Shown one piece after another: positions 19,395-29,548 of a stretch of DNA of 64,000 bases (position 1 is the stretch's first letter; each line of letters opens with the position of its first letter). The notes under the pieces were generated by a model that was not told the DNA's origin, did no database searches, and saw only the letters and a list, made by a program, of their open reading frames with translations. The translations under genes were made by a program, and so were the position numbers. This DNA comes from a bacterium. GTDB taxonomy: Bacteria; RBG-13-61-14; DATKZS01. The stretch lies in NCBI GenBank assembly GCA_963674965.2, contig CAXXFL010000006.1, positions 1,120,001 through 1,184,000 of the forward strand, given 5' to 3'.

Positions 19395-21851
19395 CTAATG
19401 TCTTAGCTCGATGGCCACCTCGCCGCCCTCGTCCGGCGCCTCGATGGTTACCGCCCCCTCCGATTTCAGGTAGCCGTATTGCTCGAGGCCCGGGCCGGGC
19501 CGCTCGTCTTGCTTTGCAGGCCTCGCCTCGGTCCCGTTGATTAAAACTTGTCTTGGCCTCGATCCCGTCCTGACCTTGATCTTCAGCGTCCGGGGAGGAG
19601 GCTGGAAGGGTCCCTCCCTGGGACGGATCGTCACCGACAGGCCGCCGTCCTCAAGGCGTTCCTGATGAACGCGACGCCTTGAGAACACCCCGCTCTCGTA
19701 ATCACGGCTTATACCGTCGTCCTCGTAAAGCGACGACTCGGAGCGGCCCGAGGCCGGCGGGTACAGATCGATCTTGAGGAACTCGGGCGGCTTCTCGTCC
19801 AGCCACCTTAGGGCGGGCCAGAGGAAAAGAGCGGCGCCGTCCCGGACGTAAACGGGCATGGTCTCGAGGGGCGCGCGACGCTCGATGGTCCTCGGTCCCC
19901 CGATCTCCTCGCCCGTCCAGAAGTCCGTCCATTTCGCCTCGGGAAGATATACCTCCCTCCGCCTCGATCCCTTCTCCATGACCGGCGCGATCATGATCCA
20001 CGGCCCGATCATGACCTGGTCGTCGATGCGCGGAGCGACCCGGTCCTCGGGAAAGTCGTAAAACAGCGGCCTGAAAACGGGGGCCCCGCTCTCGTGGTGC
20101 TCCCTTACCAAGGAGTACATGGCCGGGTGGAGGCGGTAGCGGAGCTTCAGGTAACGGCGGGCTATGCTCTCGACTTTCGCCCCGAAGCTCCACGGTTCCT
20201 GCCTCGAGGTCCAGATGGCCGAGTGGGTACGGCTAAACGGATAAAAAGCCCCGAGTTGTATCCAGCGAGCGTAAAGCTCGGGCGAGCAGTTGCCCTTGAA
20301 GCCGCCCACGTCGGCCCCGCAAAGGCCAACGCCCGAGAGGCCCAGGTTGAGGAGCATGCGGACGCTGAGGGCCAGGTGGTTGAAGGCGCTCGAGTTGTCT
20401 CCCGTCCATACGGCGGCCAGGGACTGGACCCCCGCGTAGCCGGCGCGGGTGAGGATGAAGGGACGCTCGCCGGGCCGCAGCCTCTCGAGGCCCTCCCGCG
20501 TGGCCCGGTTCTCGTCCATGGCGTAGAGGTTGCGGCAGGCCTCGTGGTCGAGCTTCCGGCCGTTCGCTTCATGGATAAGGTCGGGGTCCTTGATGGTTCC
20601 CACCGCCGCCACCGAGCCGCCCACCCGAGCGTCAAGCCGCCAGCAGGCCGGCTCGTTCATGTCGTTCCATATCCCCCGAATCCCGGACTCGATAAGCACC
20701 GAGTGCATGTCGCCCCACCAGGTCCCCACCCCGGGTCTCGAGAAGTCGGGAAAAGCGACCTTACCCGGCCACACCCGGGCGCGAAACTCCCTGCCCAGGG
20801 AGTCCCTTAGAAAATAATCATTGTCCACTCCCTCACGGTAAGGCTCGTATTCCTCGTCCGCGGCCAGGCCGGGGTCCACGATGGATATGAGCTTGAAGCC
20901 CGACTCGGCCAGGTCCCCGGACATGGCCTTCATATCGGGAAAGCGCTCGCGGTCGATGGTGAAAGAGCGGTATCGGTCCATATAGTGAATGTCCAGGTGG
21001 ATGACGTCCGAGGGGACGTCCCTTTCCCGGAACTCCCGGGCTATCCCTCGGACCTCCTCTTCGTTCTTGTAGGACCAGCGGGACTGGTGATGCCCCAGGG
21101 CCCAGCGGGGAGGCATGGGCGCGTGGCCCGTTACGTCGGCGTAGCGGGAAAGGACCTGGGCCGGCGTGGGCCCGAGCATGACGTAAAGGTCCAACTCGCC
21201 TTGCGCGGCGTTGTATCCGAAGACCTCGCCGAAGGTCGCGCCCAGGTCGAACCCCGCCCGCCCGGGGTTGTCGAAGAGGAGACCGTTGGCCTCCCCCTCC
21301 CGGAGAATAAGGGCGAAGGGAATGGACATGTAAATGGGGTCCGTATCCATGGAATAGCTCTTGTCCGCGTTCCACATCTCCATCTTGCGCCCGAGCTTGT
21401 TGAAAGGGCCCGTCTTTTCCCCGAAGCCGAAGTATCCCGAGTGACGATCGATCGAGTGGGCCAGGGCCACGCCCGTCTCGGTCCAGCCCATGCAAAGACC
21501 AGGATACTCCTTAAAGACCGCGTTGCCCGAGGAGTCGTAAACGCTCAGGCGATAGGGCTTCCTCGCCGCGATCAGCCTGAAACCGGGAAAAAAGACCTCG
21601 GCCGCGGCCGCCTTCTCGACCACCTCGGGGTCGGGACCCGCCTTGCCGGACATGGAGGGCGCGAAATAACCGCCGTCCCCCATCCGGCCGCCCCTGCCCG
21701 AGCGGATAAGGAGAACGCCCTCCATAGGATTGGAAATCCGGACCGAGCCGCCTTCACCTTTTAGAAGCACCCCGCCCTCCGAGGTCTCGATACCGGTAAG
21801 TTCCCCGAACTTAACGAAGCGTTTATTATATAAGTTTTTTATTACGTCCAT
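19395..21851 (-). CDS. Alpha-glucosidase, glycoside hydrolase family 31
   Basis: GFGEK, HQSRWSY, LDIHYMD, WNDMNEP (nucleophile), WTGDN, GADVGGF and EPW motifs. Confidence 0.95.
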   Translation of the reverse strand: MDVIKNLYNKRFVKFGELTGIETSEGGVLLKGEGGSVRISNPMEGVLLIRSGRGGRMGDGGYFAPSMSGKAGPDPEVVEKAAAAEVFFPGFRLIAARKPYRLSVYDSSGNAVFKEYPGLCMGWTETGVALAHSIDRHSGYFGFGEKTGPFNKLGRKMEMWNADKSYSMDTDPIYMSIPFALILREGEANGLLFDNPGRAGFDLGATFGEVFGYNAAQGELDLYVMLGPTPAQVLSRYADVTGHAPMPPRWALGHHQSRWSYKNEEEVRGIAREFRERDVPSDVIHLDIHYMDRYRSFTIDRERFPDMKAMSGDLAESGFKLISIVDPGLAADEEYEPYREGVDNDYFLRDSLGREFRARVWPGKVAFPDFSRPGVGTWWGDMHSVLIESGIRGIWNDMNEPACWRLDARVGGSVAAVGTIKDPDLIHEANGRKLDHEACRNLYAMDENRATREGLERLRPGERPFILTRAGYAGVQSLAAVWTGDNSSAFNHLALSVRMLLNLGLSGVGLCGADVGGFKGNCSPELYARWIQLGAFYPFSRTHSAIWTSRQEPWSFGAKVESIARRYLKLRYRLHPAMYSLVREHHESGAPVFRPLFYDFPEDRVAPRIDDQVMIGPWIMIAPVMEKGSRRREVYLPEAKWTDFWTGEEIGGPRTIERRAPLETMPVYVRDGAALFLWPALRWLDEKPPEFLKIDLYPPASGRSESSLYEDDGISRDYESGVFSRRRVHQERLEDGGLSVTIRPREGPFQPPPRTLKIKVRTGSRPRQVLINGTEARPAKQDERPGPGLEQYGYLKSEGAVTIEAPDEGGEVAIELRH

Positions 21852-21911
21852 TTCTCTATTTCACCGGCCGCCTATTTTTATGCGGCCATCGCTCCGTCAA
21901 TACGGCAACCA

Positions 21912-21980
21912 GGGTCGTCAAGCATCCTGCATGGGCGTCGCAAGCCGCGGGCTGAGTTCCTCCCGCCGTCCGGCCTCCTT
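21912..21980. repeat. Degenerate REP-like repeat, L module
   Basis: GGGTCGTCAAGCATCCTGCATGGGCGTCGCAAGCCGCGGGCTGAG. Confidence 0.75.
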
Positions 21981-22086
21981 TTCCTCCGTTCGGAAGCCGC
22001 CAAACGCCCCCGCTTATGAAGCCAAAAGCCCGTTCTCTTCACCGCGGGATTTATTTATTCCACCGTCGGCATGAAAAAAGCTCGTG

Positions 22087-22697
22087 TAGTGTATCACGCT
22101 TATGCCACATCATGAAGGACGGCCCGGCCGCGTTCCACCTTGGCCATGATTTCATCCGCCTTGGCCGTCCAGGAAAAACTTTTCGGGTCGGAATTATAAT
22201 GGGGGCTTGAGACCGGCGGCTTTCCACACCCTCTGCACCATGGAGTGGCTTGTTCCCAGTTCCTTGGCCAGAGTTCTGGTGCTCCAGTGGGTGGCGTTGT
22301 TCGGCTTCTCTTGAGTGGTTTTCCTGATGATCTTAGACGCCATCTTCTCCCGCGCCGCTGGCTTTCGCCCACCGCGGGGCGCGTCCTTGATCATGCCCTC
22401 CAGCCCCTGCTCCGCGAAACGGTTCCGCCAGCGTTTTACGGTTTGGGCGTCGGTGGCAAGAGCGGCCTGAATGTCTTTGTTCATCATGCCGTCCGCCGCC
22501 ATCAGAACAATCTTCGCCCGGAGCGCCCGCCGCGCCGGGATGGAACGACCCCGCGACCAGCGCTCCAAGGTTTTTCGCTCTTCTTCATTCAGCTTGATTT
22601 TGACCGCGACTCTCATGGGCGGCATCCTTTGACTATCGAGGATAATACCATGGCAATACACGGCGGATTTATAATCAACTAAAATTATGATTCACTA
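22087..22697 (-). mobile_element. Internally deleted IS630-family element (611 bp including both TA)
   Basis: Inverted ends TAGTGTATCA (22087) and TGATTCACTA (22688-22697) with TA at both ends; transposase N- and C-termini inside. Confidence 0.85.
22100..22616 (-). pseudogene. IS630 transposase lacking the DDE domain
   Basis: HTH region (RAKIVLMAADG...WRNRF...THWSTRTLA...GLKP) joined out of frame to the IS630 C-terminus HYNSDPKSFSWTAKADEI. Confidence 0.85.
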
Positions 22698-24290
22698 TGA
22701 TGGGTCCTTATGGACGGATTCTTTTTCGATCAATTGGTCGAGCCTCCCGTCAAGTTGGTTGACCAGTTTCTTGAGGGACGACTCGCTTAGCATGCCCATG
22801 GCGTAAGCCTTTTTGAGCTCGTCCTTTTCCATTGCCAGCAGGTGTCGCCTTGTGGCCCTGGTCTCCTCGTCGTGCAGTTCCCTGGTCGTCTCGTATATTT
22901 CGCCGATGGCCGTTTCGTTTTGGGCGAGTTTCTCCTTGTATTCCTGGAGAAGTTTTTCGTGGACGAACCTGGATATGGACCTTGCCCCGTAAAGCTCCTC
23001 CAACTCGGTCATGGCCGCGTGGGCGCTTTTAATGCCGGCCGCCAGTTCCTGGTACTGGGCGTGTCCGCCGCCGTGGAGGACCCCGAGTTTCTTTAAAAGG
23101 GGCTTGATAGTCAGGGCCTGTCCGAGGATTGAGAGGACCACCACTCCGAAGGTCATGGAAAGGATAAGCTCCCGGTGGGGCATATTCCTGTCCAGGCTGA
23201 GTACCAGGGCCATGGATATGCTTCCCCTGAGCCCTCCCCATATCATGATTGGACTCCATTTCCAGGGGAACTTATGGAACAGTCCGTTAATGAGGGGCAA
23301 AAGCAGGGTCACCGAGGCCGCCCGGGCCACGAGCACGGCGAGCCAGGCAATAATAATATGTCCGGAGTAAGACAGGAGTATGCTCAGCTTGGCCTCCATG
23401 CCGATGAGCAGGAAGATGATCGAGTTGATGATAAAGGCGGCGAACTCCCAGAAGCTGACGACGGCCATCTTGGTGGTGGGAGACATGCCCACGCTGGCTC
23501 CGTAGTTGCCGCTCATCATTCCGGCGGCGACCACGGCGATGACTCCGGACACGTGCAGGTGCTCGGCGATGATATAGGAGCCGTAGGCGAGGATGGTGGT
23601 GAGCATTATCTCGATGAGGTGGTCGTCCACCCTGGCGGTCAGGTAGCTCATGGCCAGTCCCGTGACCAGGCCCACGCCCAGTCCGCCGAGGACCTCCTTG
23701 AGAAAACTTCCCGCCACCCAGAGTGCCCCGATGTGTTTGACCGTCTCCCCGTGGGCGTCATGTCCGGCCACCGCGGCCAGGAGCAGTGAAAACATTACCA
23801 CGGCCGTGCCGTCATTGAACAGGCTCTCGCCTTCCACCACCAGGTGCAGGCGGTGAGGCACTCCCAGTTCCTTGAAGATGGCGATAACCGAAATCGGGTC
23901 GGTGGCGGAAATAAGGGCCCCGAAGAGCAAGGCGTAGAGAATGCCGAACTGGGCGTAACCGATGACGTACTGGAGGCCCAGGAAGGTCAGGCCACCGCAG
24001 ATGAGGAGGGAAATGACCACCCCGAGCACGGCCAGAATAAGTATTGGTCCCGCGTCCCGCTTGAAGTGGGACACGTCCAGGTGGAAGGCCGCCTCATACA
24101 AAAGGGCGGGCAGGAACACGGCGAAAACCAGCTCCTTGTTCAGGTGTAGCTCGACCTCCAGGGAGAGCGCTCCCAGCGCGAGGCCCGTGACGACCAGGGC
24201 CACCGTGTAGGGTAGACGAAGGCGCTGGGCCAGCATGGCCACCGCCGCCGCCACGATGAGTAAAAGGATAAGCTGCTCTTCGATAATCAT
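22695..24290 (-). CDS. Na+/H+ antiporter, CPA1 (NhaP-like)
   Basis: FLPALLYEAA, SATDPISV, EGESLFNDG and WGGLRG motifs. Confidence 0.93.
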   Translation of the reverse strand: MIIEEQLILLLIVAAAVAMLAQRLRLPYTVALVVTGLALGALSLEVELHLNKELVFAVFLPALLYEAAFHLDVSHFKRDAGPILILAVLGVVISLLICGGLTFLGLQYVIGYAQFGILYALLFGALISATDPISVIAIFKELGVPHRLHLVVEGESLFNDGTAVVMFSLLLAAVAGHDAHGETVKHIGALWVAGSFLKEVLGGLGVGLVTGLAMSYLTARVDDHLIEIMLTTILAYGSYIIAEHLHVSGVIAVVAAGMMSGNYGASVGMSPTTKMAVVSFWEFAAFIINSIIFLLIGMEAKLSILLSYSGHIIIAWLAVLVARAASVTLLLPLINGLFHKFPWKWSPIMIWGGLRGSISMALVLSLDRNMPHRELILSMTFGVVVLSILGQALTIKPLLKKLGVLHGGGHAQYQELAAGIKSAHAAMTELEELYGARSISRFVHEKLLQEYKEKLAQNETAIGEIYETTRELHDEETRATRRHLLAMEKDELKKAYAMGMLSESSLKKLVNQLDGRLDQLIEKESVHKDPS

Positions 24291-24385
24291 TCGGTTTTAC
24301 CTCGGCCGTGGTATCATGTAAATATTACTTTATTATTGTCCGCGATAAAAACCTAACATGTGGCCAATAACCCGCGGGAAAACGC

Positions 24386-25999
24386 ATGAACGTGGATACA
24401 CAAGAAAAAGAGAAGGGCGCGAGAAGAAAAAGGGCGCCGTTCAAGGCCTTTTTTATCTTACTGCCCTTCCTGGCCATATTGACGCTGGAGCTTTTCCTGA
24501 GGGCCATAGGCTTCGAATACTGGCCGGAGAGGCCCGATCCCACTTGTCTTCCCTATCTTGCATCGCGCGTTGAAGGGGACAAAACAATATACGAGCCTTC
24601 CAGGTACTATCAATTGTGGAACCATCACTTTCAGGTTCAGGTACCGAAGGAAAAGGAGCACAAAAGGATAGCGTGCTTGGGGGGCAGCGCGACCTACGGC
24701 GGGTCCTTCGGAAGGCCCGGCTCTTTTTCGGAATGGCTGTCGGTCATGCTTTCCGCCGTGGACCGAGACGCCAAATGGGAGGTCATCAACGCGGGACAAA
24801 ACGGGGCCTCCAGTTTCGGAGTTTTGGGGATAGCCGCTGAAATTATGATGACGCGGCCCGATCTCGTCATCATATATTGCGGGAATAACGAGTTCCGTTA
24901 CCACCGTCTGAACCCGAGGCCCGATTGCCGAGGCGCCTGGCTGAAAAAAATAAAATTGGATTCAAGGACCCTGAGGCTGGGGGGCATGATCGCCGACAAG
25001 TTGTCCAATTCCGAGGACAAGTCCAAGTTTGACGCGGGGCGCGTGATAGGACGCGGCGTCGAGGAGATCGATTCCCTCTGGGAATGCGGTTGGGACGTGG
25101 AAAATGAAGAGGAAGTATTTCGAAGATACGCGGGCAATTTGGATAAGATGGTCCAAGCGGCCAAGCAAGGCGGCGCCAGGGTATTTTTATGCTCCATTCC
25201 CGTCAACCTCAAAGATCGCGAGCCCTTTGGAAAGTACGATGAAGCCGGGCTTGAGGAACGGACGCTTAGAGAAGTAAACGGGTTCCTTGACGCGGGAGAC
25301 GAGAAATATCTGGAGGGAGACGTAAAGAAGGCGCTGGATTATTATATAAAAGCCGAGGAGTCGGCTCCCGCCTTGGCTCGCGTTAAATATAGAATCGCGT
25401 GTTCATATTTCTCGCTTGGAGAAAAGGAGTTGGCGTCGCGCCATTTCCACGCCGCCTTGGACCTCGAGGCGATCAAGGACCGGGCCAACGGCCGGATTAA
25501 CGCGGCTATAAGGGAGGTCGCCCAAAAAAACGGCGTGACCTTCGTGGACCTCGAGTCGGCCATGGCCGATAATTCCTCAGCCGGGATACCGGGAGACGAT
25601 GAGTTTTCCGATGAAGTACATCCCACGTTGTCCGGATATGAAATTATCGCCGAAAGACTTCTTGCCGCCATGATAGAGGAGGAATTGGTCGAGCCGGATA
25701 AAGAATGGATTCAAACGGCCCGCGGGGCCAGGGATTATTACCGGGACCATATGCCCCATGATTTCCTTTACGCCTCGTATATGAACGCGGCCAAATACAA
25801 CGCGGCGGCCGCCCGCTTCGAGCGGGCGAAGTATTATATCAAGCGGGCAATCCAATATAAGCCGGCTGACGATGAGGCCCTTGATCTTCTATTTGCCCTG
25901 GAAAAGATCAAGCCCCCAGGTATCGAGCAAGAGGCCCCGTGGGGAACTTTCGATTACGCCTTGACCCTGTCTGGCGGGAAAGGGAAAGCGAAACGGTAA
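24386..25999 (+). CDS. Membrane-anchored SGNH/GDSL hydrolase-like protein with TPR insertion
   Basis: RIACLGGSATYG, INAG, YCGNNEF and DEVHP blocks; N-terminal TM helix. Confidence 0.82.
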   Translation: MNVDTQEKEKGARRKRAPFKAFFILLPFLAILTLELFLRAIGFEYWPERPDPTCLPYLASRVEGDKTIYEPSRYYQLWNHHFQVQVPKEKEHKRIACLGGSATYGGSFGRPGSFSEWLSVMLSAVDRDAKWEVINAGQNGASSFGVLGIAAEIMMTRPDLVIIYCGNNEFRYHRLNPRPDCRGAWLKKIKLDSRTLRLGGMIADKLSNSEDKSKFDAGRVIGRGVEEIDSLWECGWDVENEEEVFRRYAGNLDKMVQAAKQGGARVFLCSIPVNLKDREPFGKYDEAGLEERTLREVNGFLDAGDEKYLEGDVKKALDYYIKAEESAPALARVKYRIACSYFSLGEKELASRHFHAALDLEAIKDRANGRINAAIREVAQKNGVTFVDLESAMADNSSAGIPGDDEFSDEVHPTLSGYEIIAERLLAAMIEEELVEPDKEWIQTARGARDYYRDHMPHDFLYASYMNAAKYNAAAARFERAKYYIKRAIQYKPADDEALDLLFALEKIKPPGIEQEAPWGTFDYALTLSGGKGKAKR

Positions 26000-26033
26000 A
26001 ATCTCCGGGATAACGCCCGACAAGCGCGCCCCG

Positions 26034-27341
26034 TTAAGGCCATATTTTACCCAGCATCCGCGGGAAGGGTATGGTTTCGCGCACGTGTTTTAGCCCGCAA
26101 ATCCATGCGACGGTCCTTTCAATGCCCAGCCCGAAGCCCGCGTGAGGCGCGGTCCCGTAGGTCCGCAGGTCGAGGTACCACTCGAAGGCCTGGCGGGGAA
26201 GCCCGTGTTTTTCGATCATCCGCTCGAGGACGGCAAGGTCGTCCTCCCTTTGCCCGCCTCCGATGATCTCGCCGTAGCCCTCCGGCCCGAGAACGTCGAC
26301 GCAAAGGGCGACCTCCGGCCTTTCCGGGTCGCGCTTCATGTAGAAGGCCTTGATCTCCGCCGGATAACGGTGAATCATGACGGGACGGTCGAACTTCTCC
26401 GAGATCACCGTCTCGTCCTCCGCCCCGAAGTCTCCGCCCCAGGAGAACTCGATACCCTCCTTGTTCAGTATCCGGACCGCCTCGTCGTAGGTTATCCGGG
26501 GGAATGGTTTCCTCACGCGGCTCAGGACCGAAAGGTCCCGCTCGAGAGACTCCAGTTCGGCCTTTTTGTTCTCGGTGGTCCTTTGGACCACGGCCTCGAG
26601 GAAATCCTCGGCCAGGTCCATGTCCCCGGCCAGGTCGAGCCAGGCCACCTCGGGCTCGAGCATCCAGAATTCCATCAGGTGGCGCCTGGTCTTGGACTTC
26701 TCGGCCCGGAAGGTCGGTCCGAAACAATAGACCTTGCCAAAGGCCATGGCCGCGGCCTCCTGGTAAAGCTGGCCCGACTGAGTCAGGAACGCCGGGTCCC
26801 CGAAGTAATCGGTCTCGAACAAGGTGGTTGTGCCCTCGCAGGCCGCGGGCGTCAGGATGGGCGAGTCGATCAGGGTAAAGCCTTCCTCGTCCATGTAACG
26901 CCGGCACTGGCGTATTATCTCGTGTCTGACCCGAAGGATGGCGTGCTGGCGGCGCGAGCGGAGCCAGAGGTGGCGGTTGCTCATGAGGAAGGCCGTGCCG
27001 TGGTCCTTTGGCCCGATGGGGTATTCACTGGCCAGGTGTACTATCTCGAAGTGATTCACGCCGATCTCGAAGCCGATGGGAGAGCGCGGGTCCTTTTTGA
27101 CCTCTCCCCTCACGATGACCGAGCTTTCCTGGGTGACCTCGCCGGCGGCCTGGAAGGACTCCTCCGACAGGTCTCCCTTGAACGCCACGCACTGAATAAT
27201 GCCGCTGCCGTCCCGAAGCTGAAGGAAATGTAGCTTGCCCTTGCTGCTTTTGTTGTAGAGCCAGCCCCTCAGCTCGACCTCGTCTCCATGGTGATCGGCG
27301 ACGTCCTCTATCCTTATCGTTTTCATGTCTTTCCCCATCAT
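26034..27341 (-). CDS. asnS: Asparagine--tRNA ligase
   Basis: OB-fold RGWLYNK...[51 protein letters not shown]. Confidence 0.93.
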   Translation of the reverse strand: MMGKDMKTIRIEDVADHHGDEVELRGWLYNKSSKGKLHFLQLRDGSGIIQCVAFKGDLSEESFQAAGEVTQESSVIVRGEVKKDPRSPIGFEIGVNHFEIVHLASEYPIGPKDHGTAFLMSNRHLWLRSRRQHAILRVRHEIIRQCRRYMDEEGFTLIDSPILTPAACEGTTTLFETDYFGDPAFLTQSGQLYQEAAAMAFGKVYCFGPTFRAEKSKTRRHLMEFWMLEPEVAWLDLAGDMDLAEDFLEAVVQRTTENKKAELESLERDLSVLSRVRKPFPRITYDEAVRILNKEGIEFSWGGDFGAEDETVISEKFDRPVMIHRYPAEIKAFYMKRDPERPEVALCVDVLGPEGYGEIIGGGQREDDLAVLERMIEKHGLPRQAFEWYLDLRTYGTAPHAGFGLGIERTVAWICGLKHVRETIPFPRMLGKIWP

Positions 27342-27911
27342 TTATTTTGGGCCGTCAAATATCATCCTGGTGTAGGGGCGAGTCTCGACGTCTTCCTCGC
27401 CGATCCCCAGCTCGCGGAAAATTTTCTTGATCCGTTTCCATGCGCCACCTATTTCATCTTCATTCGCGACCATGATCTCGATCTCGACAAACCATCCCAG
27501 CCCTCCGATCTCGATCAGCTCTATCCTTGCCGGCCCATCAGGTTTATCGGAAGGTCCCGCCTCGATTATATACCTTTTTCCTTTTTTGGTTTTCTCGACC
27601 AGGGCCGCGAACCCGAAGGACCTTATGAAAGCAATAAAGGCCGCCGTGTCGCTTACCTCGAACTCGACCTCGGCGCAGGCCTCGCCGCCGCCGTTGGCGA
27701 TTTTGTCCTTCACCGTCACGAGGCTGTTTTTTCCGCTCATGCGCAGTCGGAACCTATTATAGGTGTAGCCTTCAATGGATTCCGGCTTGAAATAGACGTC
27801 GTGGTAATCGATTTCCTCAAGGAAGCGGGCATTTTTCGCGAGCCAGGAGCGTATGGACTCCGGGTCCGATATCCTCGCCTTGATCTCGACCTCGATGGGG
27901 CGTTCGTTCAT
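27342..27911 (-). CDS. cyaB: Class IV adenylate cyclase / CYTH domain protein
   Basis: IEVEIK, DVYF, RLR, LGWFVEIE and PY motifs; ATGA overlap with the upstream gene. Confidence 0.8.
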   Translation of the reverse strand: MNERPIEVEIKARISDPESIRSWLAKNARFLEEIDYHDVYFKPESIEGYTYNRFRLRMSGKNSLVTVKDKIANGGGEACAEVEFEVSDTAAFIAFIRSFGFAALVEKTKKGKRYIIEAGPSDKPDGPARIELIEIGGLGWFVEIEIMVANEDEIGGAWKRIKKIFRELGIGEEDVETRPYTRMIFDGPK

Positions 27912-29536
27912 AATTTGTCCTTTTTTAGCGATTGGGACGACAATCTTCTCAACAGTTCCAGTTCGCGCCAGGGCATTCCCCATTCGTAATCAGCGTTTCT
28001 TAAAATATCGTCAACGTTCATCCTCAGTTCCACGGCGGATTGCGTTCCCGGTTGATAAGAAAGGGCTCGGTCGAGGCAGAGTCTGGATCGTTCAAACCTT
28101 CCAAGAAAGGCGTTTAGCGAGGCGCTGGTAAAATATGAGCCATAAAGATAGTCGTCCGGGAAGGATTCCTCATATTTATCGGCGGCTTCCCTTGCCCTTC
28201 TTCGCCACGCCGGGTGAGCGGCTACCATTTTTTCCTCCACCATGATTTCAAGTAACGATTCGGCTATTATTCTGTGACCCATGTGGGTGGGATGCACGTT
28301 GTCAACGAACAAGTCGTCGCCCGGCACTCCATCCCGGGAATGCAATCTAAAAACAGTCTCAATATCGGAGACTGGAGTATTTAACTCTTTTCCCTTTCGA
28401 ACTACTATATCATTCAGGTCCTTGCCGGCCCTGTCCCGGTTTACGTCAAGGTAGGCGGCGTCGCGAAAAAAATTGTACGCGCCGTCGGTATCGCCGCTTA
28501 TCAGCGAGACGTGTCCCAGATAATAATTTAATTCGGCCGATTCGGGGTCCGTTCTATATGCTTGCATCAGGGCATTTTGGGCCAGATTGTAGTCGCCCTC
28601 TTTAAAGGCTTTCTTTCCCTCATCCACCAGGCGAGTAAAAACACCCGTCTTGTCTTCATGCAATTCCGATCCATGATATGAACCCGTTGGCTCGAAGTCT
28701 TTCAGGTTTGAAGCCACCGTGCAAATGATTACCTTCGATCCTCTTTGACGAGCCTCGGATATCATGGCGCCTATTAGTTCCTCATATCGGCGTCTGATGA
28801 CGGCGGCGTTCTTCCTGTCCCAATCATTATATTTAATTTTTTGGTAATATTTCACGGCGTGCTTTTTCATATCCTCCTGGTTGGGACTGAATATGGCCTC
28901 TTCATTACCTTGCTTCCAGGAGAATATTTTATGCGTCAAGATGACAAGCCTTAGATCCCTGAGGCGTCTTTGGATTCGCGGCATCCAGGAAGAGCGGGTG
29001 GATGACGTTTGCGCGCGATGATAAAAAAACTCGTTATTTCCCGAATAGATTATAACGAGGTCTGGATCGAGAAATAAAACCTCTCGTTCAACTTCCAAAA
29101 CAAGAGAAGCTGGGAAACCGGCTTGACCGCAATTTATCGTCTCAAAGGTGAAACCACTTTGGATATCTTTCAACATGGCGTGCAGCCACCCGAGAAAAGC
29201 GCCGGGGTTTCCAAAGGAATAACCGTTGGCCGTGCTTCCTCCCACGCATACTATTCTAAACGTGCCCGGGGGTTTTTCCTCTTTGACTCGAAAATTATGT
29301 CCCCATGGCCGATAGTATCGCGTTGGTTCATAATAAGCCTCTCCATCTATCGTCACCCTTTGCAGATAAGGAAGACCCGCGGGGTTTTTTTTCAGTCCAT
29401 ATTCCGATTCAATAAAGTCAAACTTCAAAAAAAACAAGGATATTTCCAAGGCCGCGGGAATTGATAAGAGTATTAGCAATGCCAGAAGACTGAAAAGAAC
29501 GCGATTTTTCAAGCTTGATTTTTTTTCGGGGGACAT
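27908..29536 (-). CDS. Membrane-anchored SGNH/GDSL hydrolase-like protein with TPR insertion (paralog of 24386..25999)
   Basis: RIVCVGGSTANG, INCG, YSGNNEF and DNVHP blocks. Confidence 0.82.
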   Translation of the reverse strand: MSPEKKSSLKNRVLFSLLALLILLSIPAALEISLFFLKFDFIESEYGLKKNPAGLPYLQRVTIDGEAYYEPTRYYRPWGHNFRVKEEKPPGTFRIVCVGGSTANGYSFGNPGAFLGWLHAMLKDIQSGFTFETINCGQAGFPASLVLEVEREVLFLDPDLVIIYSGNNEFFYHRAQTSSTRSSWMPRIQRRLRDLRLVILTHKIFSWKQGNEEAIFSPNQEDMKKHAVKYYQKIKYNDWDRKNAAVIRRRYEELIGAMISEARQRGSKVIICTVASNLKDFEPTGSYHGSELHEDKTGVFTRLVDEGKKAFKEGDYNLAQNALMQAYRTDPESAELNYYLGHVSLISGDTDGAYNFFRDAAYLDVNRDRAGKDLNDIVVRKGKELNTPVSDIETVFRLHSRDGVPGDDLFVDNVHPTHMGHRIIAESLLEIMVEEKMVAAHPAWRRRAREAADKYEESFPDDYLYGSYFTSASLNAFLGRFERSRLCLDRALSYQPGTQSAVELRMNVDDILRNADYEWGMPWRELELLRRLSSQSLKKDKL

Positions 29537-29548
29537 ATCCGATTATCT

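Noticed and set aside
10364-21980. Repeats as a CRISPR array or integron attC sites
   Set aside because: Dispersed, in both orientations, with no regular spacers, no GTTRRRY/RYYYAAC ends, and no cas or integrase gene.
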